Shown in pieces: positions 9,814 to 18,398 of a DNA stretch of 64,000 bases (position 1 is the first letter of the stretch; every line of letters begins with the position of its first letter). The stretch lies in assembly GCA_036398925.1 (NCBI GenBank), contig DASWOB010000071.1, positions 8,425 to 72,424 on the forward strand, given 5' to 3'. Below the pieces are notes generated by a model that had not been told where the DNA came from, did no database searches, and saw only the letters and a program-made list of their open reading frames with translations. This DNA is from Thermoanaerobaculia bacterium. GTDB lineage: Bacteria > Acidobacteriota > Thermoanaerobaculia > Gp7-AA8. A program made the position numbers and the translations under genes.

Positions 9814-11928
9814 TCAGTAGCTGATCTTTAGCTGATAGGTCGTGCGCGTTGACGCGTAACGCCAGACGAGGACGGAGACGTTGACGGCCGAGGAGCCGGT
9901 GTTGGTCCAGGACGCCTGATCCGCGGTCGTCCCGCCATTCTCGGAGCTCGCCACCTCCGTCCCCGCCGCGTTGTAGAGATAGAGGTCGTAGTCCACCGAG
10001 AGGCCGTTGAGCAGCGCGGTGACCGTTCGCCCCGCCGGCACGCTCAGAACGAAGAAGTCGTTCTTCTGCGTACTCGAGTCGTTGAGGAACGTCCCAGAGA
10101 TCTGGTTGCAGCTCCCCGAGATCGCCTGCGCCCCGGCGATGCTGTTGTTCGGCTCCACGTCCGAGATCGAATTGCAGCTTGCCGCCGCGTAGGTGACTTT
10201 CAGTTGATACGTCGTGCGAGCATGCTGGGTCTCACGGAAGACGAGGACGTAGACGTCGATCGCCGAGGCGCCGTTGTTGGTCCAGGACGCCTGGTCGGGG
10301 GTCGTGCCGCCGTTGTAGGAGGAACCGACCCAGTTTCCGAAGGCGTCGTAGATCTCCAGGTCGTAGTCCGCCGTGAGGCCGTCGAGCAGTGCCGTCACCG
10401 CGTGGCCGGCCGGCAGGTTCAGGCGGAAGTAGTCGTACTCCTCCTGCAGCGGGGTCGCGTCGTTGGTGAAGGTTCCGGAGATCTGATTGCAGGTTCCCGA
10501 GATCACCTGCGCCGTGGCCCCGCTGTCGTTCGGCTCCGCGTCCGAAATGGAATTGCAGGCCGGGGGCGGCGGCCCCGAGACTGCCGGCCGGATGGCCAGC
10601 GCCGGCGTCCACCCGGGGTTCGTGCCACTGCCGGAGTAGGCACCGCGGAAGGTCGCGTCCCGCGACGTGCCGTTGAAGTCACGGTTGTAGTCCAGCAGCG
10701 ACGTGAACGGGGTGTAGTCGATGGCGGTGCCCTGGAGCTGTCCGCTCTTCGGGAAGAGGTCGAGGCCCGATCCGAGAGCCGCCATCGGGTTGTTGAGGTA
10801 GGTCGAGGCCTGGGAGTAGGTACCGGTCACGTTGTTGCTCTGCTGCCCGCCGGTCAGCGGGGTGCCGGCGAACACGGCGTTGCCGACCACGCGCTGCGGG
10901 TAGGCGGGGTCGGCGCCCGAGATCCGGATCCCGTTCAGGCCGGCGACGATGGTGTTGTTGAAGACTTCGATGCGCCTGGGGACGCTGTTGTGCGCCTGGA
11001 TCCGGATTGCGTCGCTGTTGCGATTCACCAGCAGGTTGTCGTGGAAGGCGAGGTTGCCTTCCCCCTGGAACAGCGACTCGGTGGGGTTCTGATAGAAGAG
11101 GTTCCCGTAGATCTGGTAGATATCCGTGGAGCCGGCGCCCGAGAGCGGCCAGTGGCCGACCAGGAGGTTCGGCGCGCTGCCGCCCGCCTCGTTGGCGAAG
11201 GTGTTGTAGCGGATGATCGTCGTGCCGCTCGAGGGCGCACCGACGCCCGTGCTGCGGGCGAGCTGGTGCTTGAACTGCGCGTTGTAATCGAGGGTGTCGT
11301 AGATCAGGTTGTACTCGACCAGCGAGTTGGAGATCTCGTAGTAGCCGGAGGAGTCGCCGAGATACATCCCGGTGCCGGTGGCGCTGATCGTGGTGTGGCG
11401 GATGACCCAGTTCCAGGCCGGGCACTTGGTGCTGATGCCGACCCGGAGATAGTTCGGGTTGAAGTTGGTGATGTTCAGCCGCTCGATCAGGATGTGATGC
11501 ACGGAGACAGCGGTGGCCTCGGCTTTGACGCCGTCTCCCGCCTTATCGAGACCGTCGAGCGACAGGTTCCGCACGGCGATGTAGCTCGAGTCCTTGAGGC
11601 TGATGACGTTCCAGCTGTCGCTGCCGGTGAAGAGGGCGGGGGAGCCGCTGGCCGGACCCTCGAAGACGATGCACTTACCCGGCTCCCCGTGCTTGTTCAC
11701 GATCGGGAGGCCCTGGGTGTAGGTGCCGGCGGCGAACTGGAGCCGGTCACCCGGGATCAGCCCCGCGATCAGCGAGCGGTAGTTGGAAGGAGTGGCCTGG
11801 ATGGTTCGGAGAGGGGCTGCGCCGTTGCAGCCGCTCAAGGTGTCGGCGAGAGTCTGGGCGTGGGTGGGCGCGGCGGCGAGGACGAAAAGTGTGGCGATCG
11901 CGGTCCGGAGAAGGGCCTTCCTCAACAT
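9814..11928 (-). CDS. Secreted parallel beta-helix protein with two C-terminal PPC domains (paralog 3)
   Basis: Start moved to the internal Met (MLRKALLRTAIATLFVLAAAPTHA) by analogy with the two paralogs. The upstream 52 codons of ORF 9814..12084 are Arg/Cys-rich junk. Confidence 0.88.
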   Translation of the reverse strand: MLRKALLRTAIATLFVLAAAPTHAQTLADTLSGCNGAAPLRTIQATPSNYRSLIAGLIPGDRLQFAAGTYTQGLPIVNKHGEPGKCIVFEGPASGSPALFTGSDSWNVISLKDSSYIAVRNLSLDGLDKAGDGVKAEATAVSVHHILIERLNITNFNPNYLRVGISTKCPAWNWVIRHTTISATGTGMYLGDSSGYYEISNSLVEYNLIYDTLDYNAQFKHQLARSTGVGAPSSGTTIIRYNTFANEAGGSAPNLLVGHWPLSGAGSTDIYQIYGNLFYQNPTESLFQGEGNLAFHDNLLVNRNSDAIRIQAHNSVPRRIEVFNNTIVAGLNGIRISGADPAYPQRVVGNAVFAGTPLTGGQQSNNVTGTYSQASTYLNNPMAALGSGLDLFPKSGQLQGTAIDYTPFTSLLDYNRDFNGTSRDATFRGAYSGSGTNPGWTPALAIRPAVSGPPPPACNSISDAEPNDSGATAQVISGTCNQISGTFTNDATPLQEEYDYFRLNLPAGHAVTALLDGLTADYDLEIYDAFGNWVGSSYNGGTTPDQASWTNNGASAIDVYVLVFRETQHARTTYQLKVTYAAASCNSISDVEPNNSIAGAQAISGSCNQISGTFLNDSSTQKNDFFVLSVPAGRTVTALLNGLSVDYDLYLYNAAGTEVASSENGGTTADQASWTNTGSSAVNVSVLVWRYASTRTTYQLKISY

Positions 11929-12074
11929 GGAGTTGTTTCCTCTCGGTATGTAGGTGCGGCGTTGTACGGCACAACGAACGACGCTGAAGCGGATTTCAGC
12001 GCACAGCCTTAAGGACGGACGTATGCAACGCTGGAGCCGGAGATCGCGGGACCGGCACTTGCAGCGACATTGAC

Positions 12075-12440
12075 GTGCCGACACGTGAGGCCCGCTACAG
12101 GTTTTCCGACGATGTGCGGGCCACGACCCGCGCCATTGCCCTGCGCATGATTCACGCGGGAGCGGTGGCCGCCTCGCCGGAGGAGCTCGAGGCGTGGATC
12201 GCCCGAACCGACGACGTGCGCGAGAGGCTGACCAAGGGCGGTTACGGCTCCAGGTTCGCGGCGGGCGATCTCTTTCCGCTTTTTCAGGGTTTCGTCGCGA
12301 AGGCGACGGCTGCGAAGGCGACGGCGAGTGCGGCCGCGGCTCCGCGTGGAGCGCGGCCGGGGAGGTGGGTGTGGATCGGGGCGATCGTCGTGGTGGCGAT
12401 CGTGGTGATCATTGTCGTGGCGCGTGGTGTGGGCTTTTAG
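12075..12440 (+). CDS. Hypothetical tail-anchored membrane protein
   Basis: GTG start. Soluble helical N-terminus, Ala-rich linker and a C-terminal TM segment WVWIGAIVVVAIVVIIVVA. No family recognised. Confidence 0.45.
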   Translation: MPTREARYRFSDDVRATTRAIALRMIHAGAVAASPEELEAWIARTDDVRERLTKGGYGSRFAAGDLFPLFQGFVAKATAAKATASAAAAPRGARPGRWVWIGAIVVVAIVVIIVVARGVGF

Positions 12441-12512
12441 AGCGCTGGTGGTGTCGGGGACGAGGGGTGGGCTGGAAGCCCACACCACACGGGGGGCGAG
12501 CTCTTGAGGGAG

Positions 12513-12601
12513 CCATTGAGCTATTGAGCTGTTGAGCGAGGAAGTGATTGGTTGATCAAATACTTCATCGCTTAACAGCTCAACCGCTCAATAGCTGAAC
12601 G
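12513..12601. repeat. Palindromic element with arms made of tandem 8-mers (TTGAGCTN)
   Basis: Left arm CATTGAGCTATTGAGCTGTTGAGC. Right arm is its imperfect reverse complement GCTTAACAGCTCAACCGCTCAATAGCTGAAC. Confidence 0.75.
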
Positions 12602-12677
12602 TCGACATGACGAATCGCGGGTGGCGCGGATGACGACAGGAGCGATTGCGTAGCCGAACCCGGCACACGCTTGTAGG

Positions 12678-12980
12678 ATGGCCTCCGTGACGTTCGTTCG
12701 TGCCCTGCGCCATCTCGCCGTGATCGAGGGAATCTCGACGCTGGTCCTGTTCGGGATCGCGATGCCGCTGAAGTATTTTGCCGGGATGCCGCTGGCGGTG
12801 CGGATCGTCGGGTCGGTTCACGGGGCGCTGTTCGTCGCGCTGGTGGTGATGCTGCTCGTGGCGATCCGGAAGGTGCCGATCTCGCTTGGGCTCGCGGCAG
12901 CGGGCATCGCGGCGGCGGTCGTTCCGGGTGGGCCGTTTCTTCTCGACCGGCACCTGGCCAGACTCGACGCACGCGGCTGA
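12678..12980 (+). CDS. DUF3817-like small membrane protein
   Basis: About 100 aa with three TM segments and the pattern LR..A.IEG.S.L.LF..AMPLKY..G ... HG.LF, which I recall from the DUF3817/YdzA family. Confidence 0.65.
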   Translation: MASVTFVRALRHLAVIEGISTLVLFGIAMPLKYFAGMPLAVRIVGSVHGALFVALVVMLLVAIRKVPISLGLAAAGIAAAVVPGGPFLLDRHLARLDARG

Positions 12981-13067
12981 ATGCCAGCAACCGTGCTTCA
13001 GCCGCCCGAAACCGCCGTTCGTCGCATTCAGCTGGTCCGCTGACCCGCGGCGACCGATCCTTCGTAT

Positions 13068-13517
13068 ATGAACATCTTCAAACCGGATTACGAGCGATAC
13101 GAGGGCGTCCGCCCGATCAACATCTATCTCCTGCGGCTGCTGTTTCTGCTCATGGCGGTGTTCGTCCTCTCCGACGCGGGGTTGGCGATCGTGAAGCACC
13201 AGGGGGAGTGGCAGCCGGTGCGGGCGGCGGCGCTCTGCATGTGGGCGGCGTATTCGCTGGTTTCGATCCTTGGGATCTTTCATCCGCTGCGGCTGATTCC
13301 GATCGTGCTCTTCGAGATCGTCTACAAGATCATCTGGCTGGCGGTCGTGGCGTGGCCGCTCTGGTCGACGAACCGGCTCGTGGGCTCGCCGGCCGAGGAG
13401 ATGACCTACGCGTTCCTCTGGGTGGTGCTGCCGATCGTGGCGATGCCGTGGGGATATGCGTTCCGGACACTGGTGCTGAACCGGAAGGTGCAGGAGCAAC
13501 GTATCCTCGTCGCATGA
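13068..13517 (+). CDS. Hypothetical 4-TM membrane protein, translationally coupled to the histidine kinase
   Basis: Hydrophobic helices throughout. Its stop overlaps the kinase ATG (ATGA at 13514-13517). Confidence 0.6.
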   Translation: MNIFKPDYERYEGVRPINIYLLRLLFLLMAVFVLSDAGLAIVKHQGEWQPVRAAALCMWAAYSLVSILGIFHPLRLIPIVLFEIVYKIIWLAVVAWPLWSTNRLVGSPAEEMTYAFLWVVLPIVAMPWGYAFRTLVLNRKVQEQRILVA

Positions 13518-14593
13518 CCGAACGGAGGGTCGCGGAACCGCAGCCGTTCCCGTTCGCCACGATGTGGCGGCGGATCGGGCTCGCGCTGCTGCTGTCGACT
13601 GGCTTCGGTCTGCTCCTCGGCCTCGAATGGCAGTCGGGCCTCGTCTCTCTTTTGACCCGCACGACGATCCTCGGCCTCGTCGCGACCGCGGTGTTCGGCG
13701 TCTTCGAGCGCTGGCCGAGGAGGTTGCCGGGATGGATCGCGCGCTGGGCGCTGCAGGTTGCGGCGGTCGGTGTGGCGATGCCGGCCGCGACGTTCCTGAT
13801 CTACATCATCACCACGCCCGACGGTGCTCCTCCTTTCTGGCGCGATCCGGACCGGAGGAACGGTTTCATCGGCCTGGCCGGCCTCGGCGTGCTGGCCGCG
13901 CCATGGATCGCGCTGGCCGCGCTCGTCCGTCAGAAGGAGGCGCTGGCGCGGCATCAGGCGCTGGAGTTCGAGCTCGAGCGGAGTGAGCTCGAACGGCAGG
14001 CGCTCGATGCGCGGCTGCATCTGCTGCAGGCGCAGGTGGCGCCGCATTTCCTCTTCAACACGCTGGCGAACATCCAGGCGCTCGTCGACGCCGGCTCGCC
14101 GCAGGCGTCGGCCCTCCTCCGCAGTCTGATCGCCTACCTGCGCGCCGCCGTGCCGCTGCTGAACGAGCCGGTGGCGACGCTGGCGCAGGAAGTCGATCTC
14201 GCCCGCGCGTATCTCGAGCTGATGCACATGCGCATCCCCGATCGGCTGCGGTTCGCGCTGCACGTCGATCCTGCGGCGCTGTCGCTGCGCTGCCCGCCGA
14301 CGGCGCTGCTGACGCTCGTCGAGAACGCCGTCCGCCACGGCATCGATCCGAGTGAGGAAGGGGGCAGCATCGAGATTCGCATCGAACGGCGCGGGGATCG
14401 CGTGGCGATCCGCGTCAGCGACAGCGGTATCGGTTTTCGCGCCGCCAACCGGGGGCTCGGCACCGGGCTCGCGACCTTGCACGAGCGCCTGCAGTTGATG
14501 TTCGGCGGCGAAGCGCAGCTGAACGTCGTGGCCGGTGAACCGAACGGCGTCCGAGCGGAGCTGGAGATGCCGGCCTGGGGAGGGGCGAGATGA
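13514..14593 (+). CDS. LytS/YehU-family sensor histidine kinase
   Basis: Multi-TM N-terminus, then a His_kinase (PF06580-type) box LQAQVAPHFLFNTLANIQALV and an HATPase region (ENAVRHG, DSGIGF, GLGTGL). Start is at the internal Met MTERRV of ORF 13208..14593. Confidence 0.9.
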   Translation: MTERRVAEPQPFPFATMWRRIGLALLLSTGFGLLLGLEWQSGLVSLLTRTTILGLVATAVFGVFERWPRRLPGWIARWALQVAAVGVAMPAATFLIYIITTPDGAPPFWRDPDRRNGFIGLAGLGVLAAPWIALAALVRQKEALARHQALEFELERSELERQALDARLHLLQAQVAPHFLFNTLANIQALVDAGSPQASALLRSLIAYLRAAVPLLNEPVATLAQEVDLARAYLELMHMRIPDRLRFALHVDPAALSLRCPPTALLTLVENAVRHGIDPSEEGGSIEIRIERRGDRVAIRVSDSGIGFRAANRGLGTGLATLHERLQLMFGGEAQLNVVAGEPNGVRAELEMPAWGGAR

Positions 14594-15381
14594 TCGACGG
14601 CCGTCCGACCGCACTGATCGCGGACGACGAGCCGCTGCTGCGCGACGCGCTAAGGCGCCAGCTCGCACGCGTCTGGCCGGAGCTGGAGGTGGTGGCCGAG
14701 GCGCGAAACGGGCGGGAGGCCGTCGACCTGTTCGAAGCGCAGCGGCCGGACGTCTGTTTCCTGGATGTCCACATGCCGGGTCTCTCGGGAGTCGAGGCGG
14801 CGAACCAGATCGGGCGGCGTGCCCACGTCGTGTTCGTGACCGCGTACGACCACTACGCGGTGCAGGCGTTCGCGCAGGGGGCGCTCGATTACCTGCTGAA
14901 GCCGGTGGAGGAGGCGCGTCTGCGGGAAACCGTCGCGCGGCTCAGCGAGCGCCTGCAGGCAGCGACGCCGGCGTTGAACACGGAGCTGTTGCTGCAGCAG
15001 CTCACGGCGCAGCTGGCGCGGCTGCAAGGTGGTGGTGCAGCGGCGCCGTTGCGCTGGATCCGCGCGCAGGTGGGGCAGACGCTGCGGCTCATCGACGTCG
15101 ATGCGATCGACTACATCCGCTCCGACGCCAAGTACACGGTCGTGGCCTGGCGCAACGACGGCCAGCCGGCGGAGGCGGTCGTGCGGACGCCACTCAAGGA
15201 GCTGCTCACGCAGCTCGACCCCGAGCAGTTCGTGCAGGTACACCGTTCCGTGGTCGTGAACCTGCGAGCCGTCCGTCACGTGAAACGGCACGACAACGAG
15301 ACCGCCGAGATCCACCTCAAAGGGCGCGGCGAGGTGCTGCCGGTCAGCCGCAGCTATCTGCATCACTTCCGGCAGATGTGA
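14590..15381 (+). CDS. LytTR-family response regulator
   Basis: Receiver domain (ALIADDEPLLRD..., DVCFLDVHMPG) plus a LytTR DNA-binding C-terminus (IDYIRSDAKYTVV ... FVQVHRSVVVN). ATGA overlap with the kinase. Confidence 0.92.
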   Translation: MIDGRPTALIADDEPLLRDALRRQLARVWPELEVVAEARNGREAVDLFEAQRPDVCFLDVHMPGLSGVEAANQIGRRAHVVFVTAYDHYAVQAFAQGALDYLLKPVEEARLRETVARLSERLQAATPALNTELLLQQLTAQLARLQGGGAAAPLRWIRAQVGQTLRLIDVDAIDYIRSDAKYTVVAWRNDGQPAEAVVRTPLKELLTQLDPEQFVQVHRSVVVNLRAVRHVKRHDNETAEIHLKGRGEVLPVSRSYLHHFRQM

Positions 15382-15502
15382 ATCCGTTCGCTGCACAAGC
15401 ACGCTGCACGCACCGCCGTTCGTCGGCGCATACCGCCGCTCGTCGCACGCGCGTGGCCGGCGCGGCGAGCGGTCGCGATACTCGGCAGCAAGGAGGATCG
15501 CG

Positions 15503-16027
15503 ATGAAAAGCTCACGAATGATGCTGCTGGCTGTTCTGGTGTCGTGCGCGGTGACTGCCTTCGGGCAATCGGAGACGCAGAAGGCGTTCGAGAGGCTGAA
15601 GAGCCTGGAGGGATCGTGGGAAGGGACGATGACCACCCACCCGAAGTTCGAAGGCGTCGACGGCACGAGAACGAAGGTGACGTTCCGGGTGACGTCGATG
15701 GGGCACACACTGATGCACGAGATGACGGGGGAGGGCCGCCCCGATGACCCAATCACGATGCTGTACCTCGAGGAGGGCGAACTGGCGCTGACGCACTACT
15801 GCGACGCCGGCAACCGGCCGCGCATGGTGGGCAAGGTGTCGCCCGACGGCAAGACGGTGACGTTCGCCTTCACCGCCCTCACCGGCAGCACCGAGCACGG
15901 CCACATGCACGGCGCCGTCTTCACGTTTCTCGACGCCGACCGTCACTCGGAGGAGTGGACGTTCATGACGCCCGACGGGAAGCCGATGCACGCGCGCATC
16001 GAGCTGCGCAGGACGACGACTAAGTAG
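15503..16027 (+). CDS. Hypothetical secreted protein
   Basis: AGGAGG RBS. Signal peptide MKSSRMMLLAVLVSCAVTAFGQ. Beta-rich 150-aa body with motif THYCDAGNRPRM. Family not confidently recognised. Confidence 0.7.
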   Translation: MKSSRMMLLAVLVSCAVTAFGQSETQKAFERLKSLEGSWEGTMTTHPKFEGVDGTRTKVTFRVTSMGHTLMHEMTGEGRPDDPITMLYLEEGELALTHYCDAGNRPRMVGKVSPDGKTVTFAFTALTGSTEHGHMHGAVFTFLDADRHSEEWTFMTPDGKPMHARIELRRTTTK

Positions 16028-16154
16028 AATGCACGCACTTGACCCACGGATGAGGAGACGACGGGGGGCCTCCAGCGGGTCCGGGCCCGCGGCCCGGCCG
16101 CCGGAGGCCTCCCGTCGTTCCTGATCTGTTGGTGAAGTGGGAGCATCTGCTTAG
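16022..16154. repeat. MITE-like palindromic element (full-length copy)
   Basis: Terminal inverted repeats AAGTAGAATGCACGCACTTGACCCACGGATGAGGAGACGACGGGGGGCCTCC ... GGAGGCCTCCCGTCGTTCCTGATCTGTTGGTGAAGTGGGAGCATCTGCTTAG. Lies between convergent genes. Confidence 0.8.
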
Positions 16155-16156
16155 CC

Positions 16157-17632
16157 TCACCCGCGGTACGCCTCGTCCTGCTCGATCCGCGACAGCACCC
16201 ACGGAAAGTCGCCGCTGACGATCGTGCCGCCGCAGTATTCGCAGACGGCGGTCTGACCTTCGGAGCGGTCCGCGCCGCAGTTCGGGCAGAGAGGGGCGTC
16301 GGCGGCGGCGGCGCGGCCGCGGACGAAGGTCCAGTACTCGCTCCATTGCTTGCGGAACTGGCTCGAGCCGCCGATGAGGTTGCCCGCGGCGTCGACGGTG
16401 GAGTCGCGGCCGGAGGCGTAGAGGCGAACGGTGATGACGTCGTAGAACGCGTCGCTCGTCACCTTCGCCACTTCGACCTGGTCGATCTGATAGTCATCGA
16501 CACGATTGACGACTCCCTGCCGCAGGTATTCGTCGATCCAGTAGCGATGCATCTGGAAGAGCGCGCCGGTCTCGAGCGGCCGCGCGCGGCGCCAGTCGCG
16601 TGCCGTCCAGGCGTCCTGCAGCTCCTTCGCCACGAAGCGCACCCGCGCGTCGAACGCCTCCCAGCTGAACCCTGGATGCTTCTCCTTGTATGTCTTCATG
16701 TTGCGGGCGATCCACGGCTGCACGACGGTGGCGCGATCGAGCCCCGGCTCCGGTCCGGAGCCACCGCCGCCGAGCTGCGGCGGGCGTTCGTCTTTCTTCA
16801 CGCCGCGAATCGATTGCACGAACCAGTGGAACGAGCCATCGCGCACCGCGGTGCGGCAATAGAGGCAGGTGCCGTCGGTGCGCGTCTCCAGCGGCGCGCC
16901 GCATTTCGGGCAATGCTCCGCGCGCGCTTTATCCGGCGGCGGGGAGAGGAGGTCGCGCGTCCGGGTGAGCGTCCAGACCTCGCTCACGTACCAGCGTCGC
17001 GTGCCGGCCGCCGTCACCTCGGAGTAGTTGGCCTCGAATTCGACGTCGACCTCGACCCTCGGCTGGTCGAGAGCGCGGATCGCGGCGACGCTGAAGCTGC
17101 CGATGACGACTCCGTCGATGGCGGTGAGTCCCGCCGGTGCCTGCTGCTTCAGTCCTTCGCGCACCGGCGCGCTGACGTACGGCGCAAACGCGTCGACGCG
17201 ACCCTGTCCGAGGGCCTCGTAGACACGGGCGAAGAGGCTGTAGCAAAAGTCGGTGAAGACGATCTCCGAGAAGTTGGGATCGAACCCGCGCAGAGCGTCG
17301 AGACTGACCGGCGCCGGGTGCGTCGGCGCCACGCTGAGGATGATGTTCCTCGGCGGCTTGGCGGCACTTCCAAGGCCCGCGAAGACGAAGAAGGCCATGA
17401 AGATCATGATCACGACGGCCATCCCTCCGTCGTCGCCGCCGGACGAGGATCCGCTGCTGCTGGAGCCGCTCGGGCCGCTGTAGGAGTCGCTCGAGTCGCT
17501 GTAGCTGCTGCTCGAATCGGAGGAGGAGGAGGAGGACGAAGAGTCGCCGGAGTACGACTCGCCGCCGCCGATGCGCGCCTGCGCGGTCGTTGCCAGAAGG
17601 AGGAGAGCGAGAACGAGTGCGATCCGTTTCAT
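16157..17632 (-). CDS. Tim44-like domain protein (two Tim44-like domains, each followed by a zinc ribbon)
   Basis: Signal peptide, a Ser-rich tract (SSSSSSSSDSSSSYSDSSDSYS) and a TM segment. Then two repeats that each end in CxxC...CxxC (CPKCGAP..CLYC; CPNCGAD..CEYCG). Confidence 0.8.
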   Translation of the reverse strand: MKRIALVLALLLLATTAQARIGGGESYSGDSSSSSSSSDSSSSYSDSSDSYSGPSGSSSSGSSSGGDDGGMAVVIMIFMAFFVFAGLGSAAKPPRNIILSVAPTHPAPVSLDALRGFDPNFSEIVFTDFCYSLFARVYEALGQGRVDAFAPYVSAPVREGLKQQAPAGLTAIDGVVIGSFSVAAIRALDQPRVEVDVEFEANYSEVTAAGTRRWYVSEVWTLTRTRDLLSPPPDKARAEHCPKCGAPLETRTDGTCLYCRTAVRDGSFHWFVQSIRGVKKDERPPQLGGGGSGPEPGLDRATVVQPWIARNMKTYKEKHPGFSWEAFDARVRFVAKELQDAWTARDWRRARPLETGALFQMHRYWIDEYLRQGVVNRVDDYQIDQVEVAKVTSDAFYDVITVRLYASGRDSTVDAAGNLIGGSSQFRKQWSEYWTFVRGRAAAADAPLCPNCGADRSEGQTAVCEYCGGTIVSGDFPWVLSRIEQDEAYRG

Positions 17633-18252
17633 GCGAGCTGCATCTCCGGGGCGTTGCTCAGATCATCGGGATTGACGTCATCCGCCGGCAGGTCGCGCTC
17701 CAGCACCACGCCGAGGGCACGGATGGCGCCGAGAACGGCCTCGGGGCCGATGGCCTCATCGCCGTGCAGTTCCATCAGCGCCGCGTTCCAGTCATTCGCA
17801 TTCACCCGCCGGAGCAGCCCGCGATCGGCGAGGACTTCCATCCGCCGCTCCAGCAGCGAGACATAGAGGAGCACGCCGGTCTCGCTCGTGGTGTTGCCGA
17901 TGCCGCGATCGTGAAACAGCGCCGCTGCGTGCGTGCGCACCGCCTCCAGCCGCTCCCGCTGCCGCGTGAAGAGCCGCCGCAGTGCGCTGCTGCGCCGGGC
18001 GATGACGATACCGACGGCGTAGAAAGCGATCGCGTCGAGGAGGACCGTGACCGGCGGGACGACCCACGGCATGAAGACGATCCCCGCCAGCGACGCCAGT
18101 ACGAGCGCCGCCGCGAACCGGCCGTCGGCGTGGGCATACGAGCCGGAGCGCGCGCGAACTTCGACCACCAGCTCGGCCGCCGAGCGGTTTTCCAGCTCCC
18201 GCACGGCGTCGCCGATCGCTCGCGCCGCGGCGTCATCGAACTTGTCGGGCAT
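17629..18252 (-). CDS. Hypothetical membrane protein (TPM-like N-terminal segment)
   Basis: Start at the internal Met MPDKFDD. AELVVEVRARSGSY resembles the GEIRVHV strand of TPM domains. Two TM helices. ATGA overlap with the downstream Tim44-like gene. Confidence 0.6.
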   Translation of the reverse strand: MPDKFDDAAARAIGDAVRELENRSAAELVVEVRARSGSYAHADGRFAAALVLASLAGIVFMPWVVPPVTVLLDAIAFYAVGIVIARRSSALRRLFTRQRERLEAVRTHAAALFHDRGIGNTTSETGVLLYVSLLERRMEVLADRGLLRRVNANDWNAALMELHGDEAIGPEAVLGAIRALGVVLERDLPADDVNPDDLSNAPEMQLA

Positions 18253-18398
18253 GGCCGAATTGTAAAGGCGGAGTGTTCGAATTTCAGCCGCGGCACGGGG
18301 TACAGAGCACCTCACGCGCTCTTCTCCATATAAACCCCACAATAGGTCAACAACTCACGGTGACACCGGACCGATCGTGAACGGAAAGGAGACGCACT

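Noticed and set aside
5888-12012. Long plus-strand ORFs (5888..7615, 7374..8978, 9009..9578, 10204..12012) opposite the beta-helix genes
   Set aside because: They are shadow ORFs. The Arg/Gly/Val/Asp-rich translations are similar to each other only because the minus-strand paralogs are similar. They have no start context or motifs.
12588-13499. 303-aa minus-strand ORF (and 12580..12990) opposite the small membrane-protein genes
   Set aside because: The His/Arg/Pro/Asp-rich translation is implausible as a protein. The plus-strand ORFs give clean TM helices and operon coupling to the kinase.
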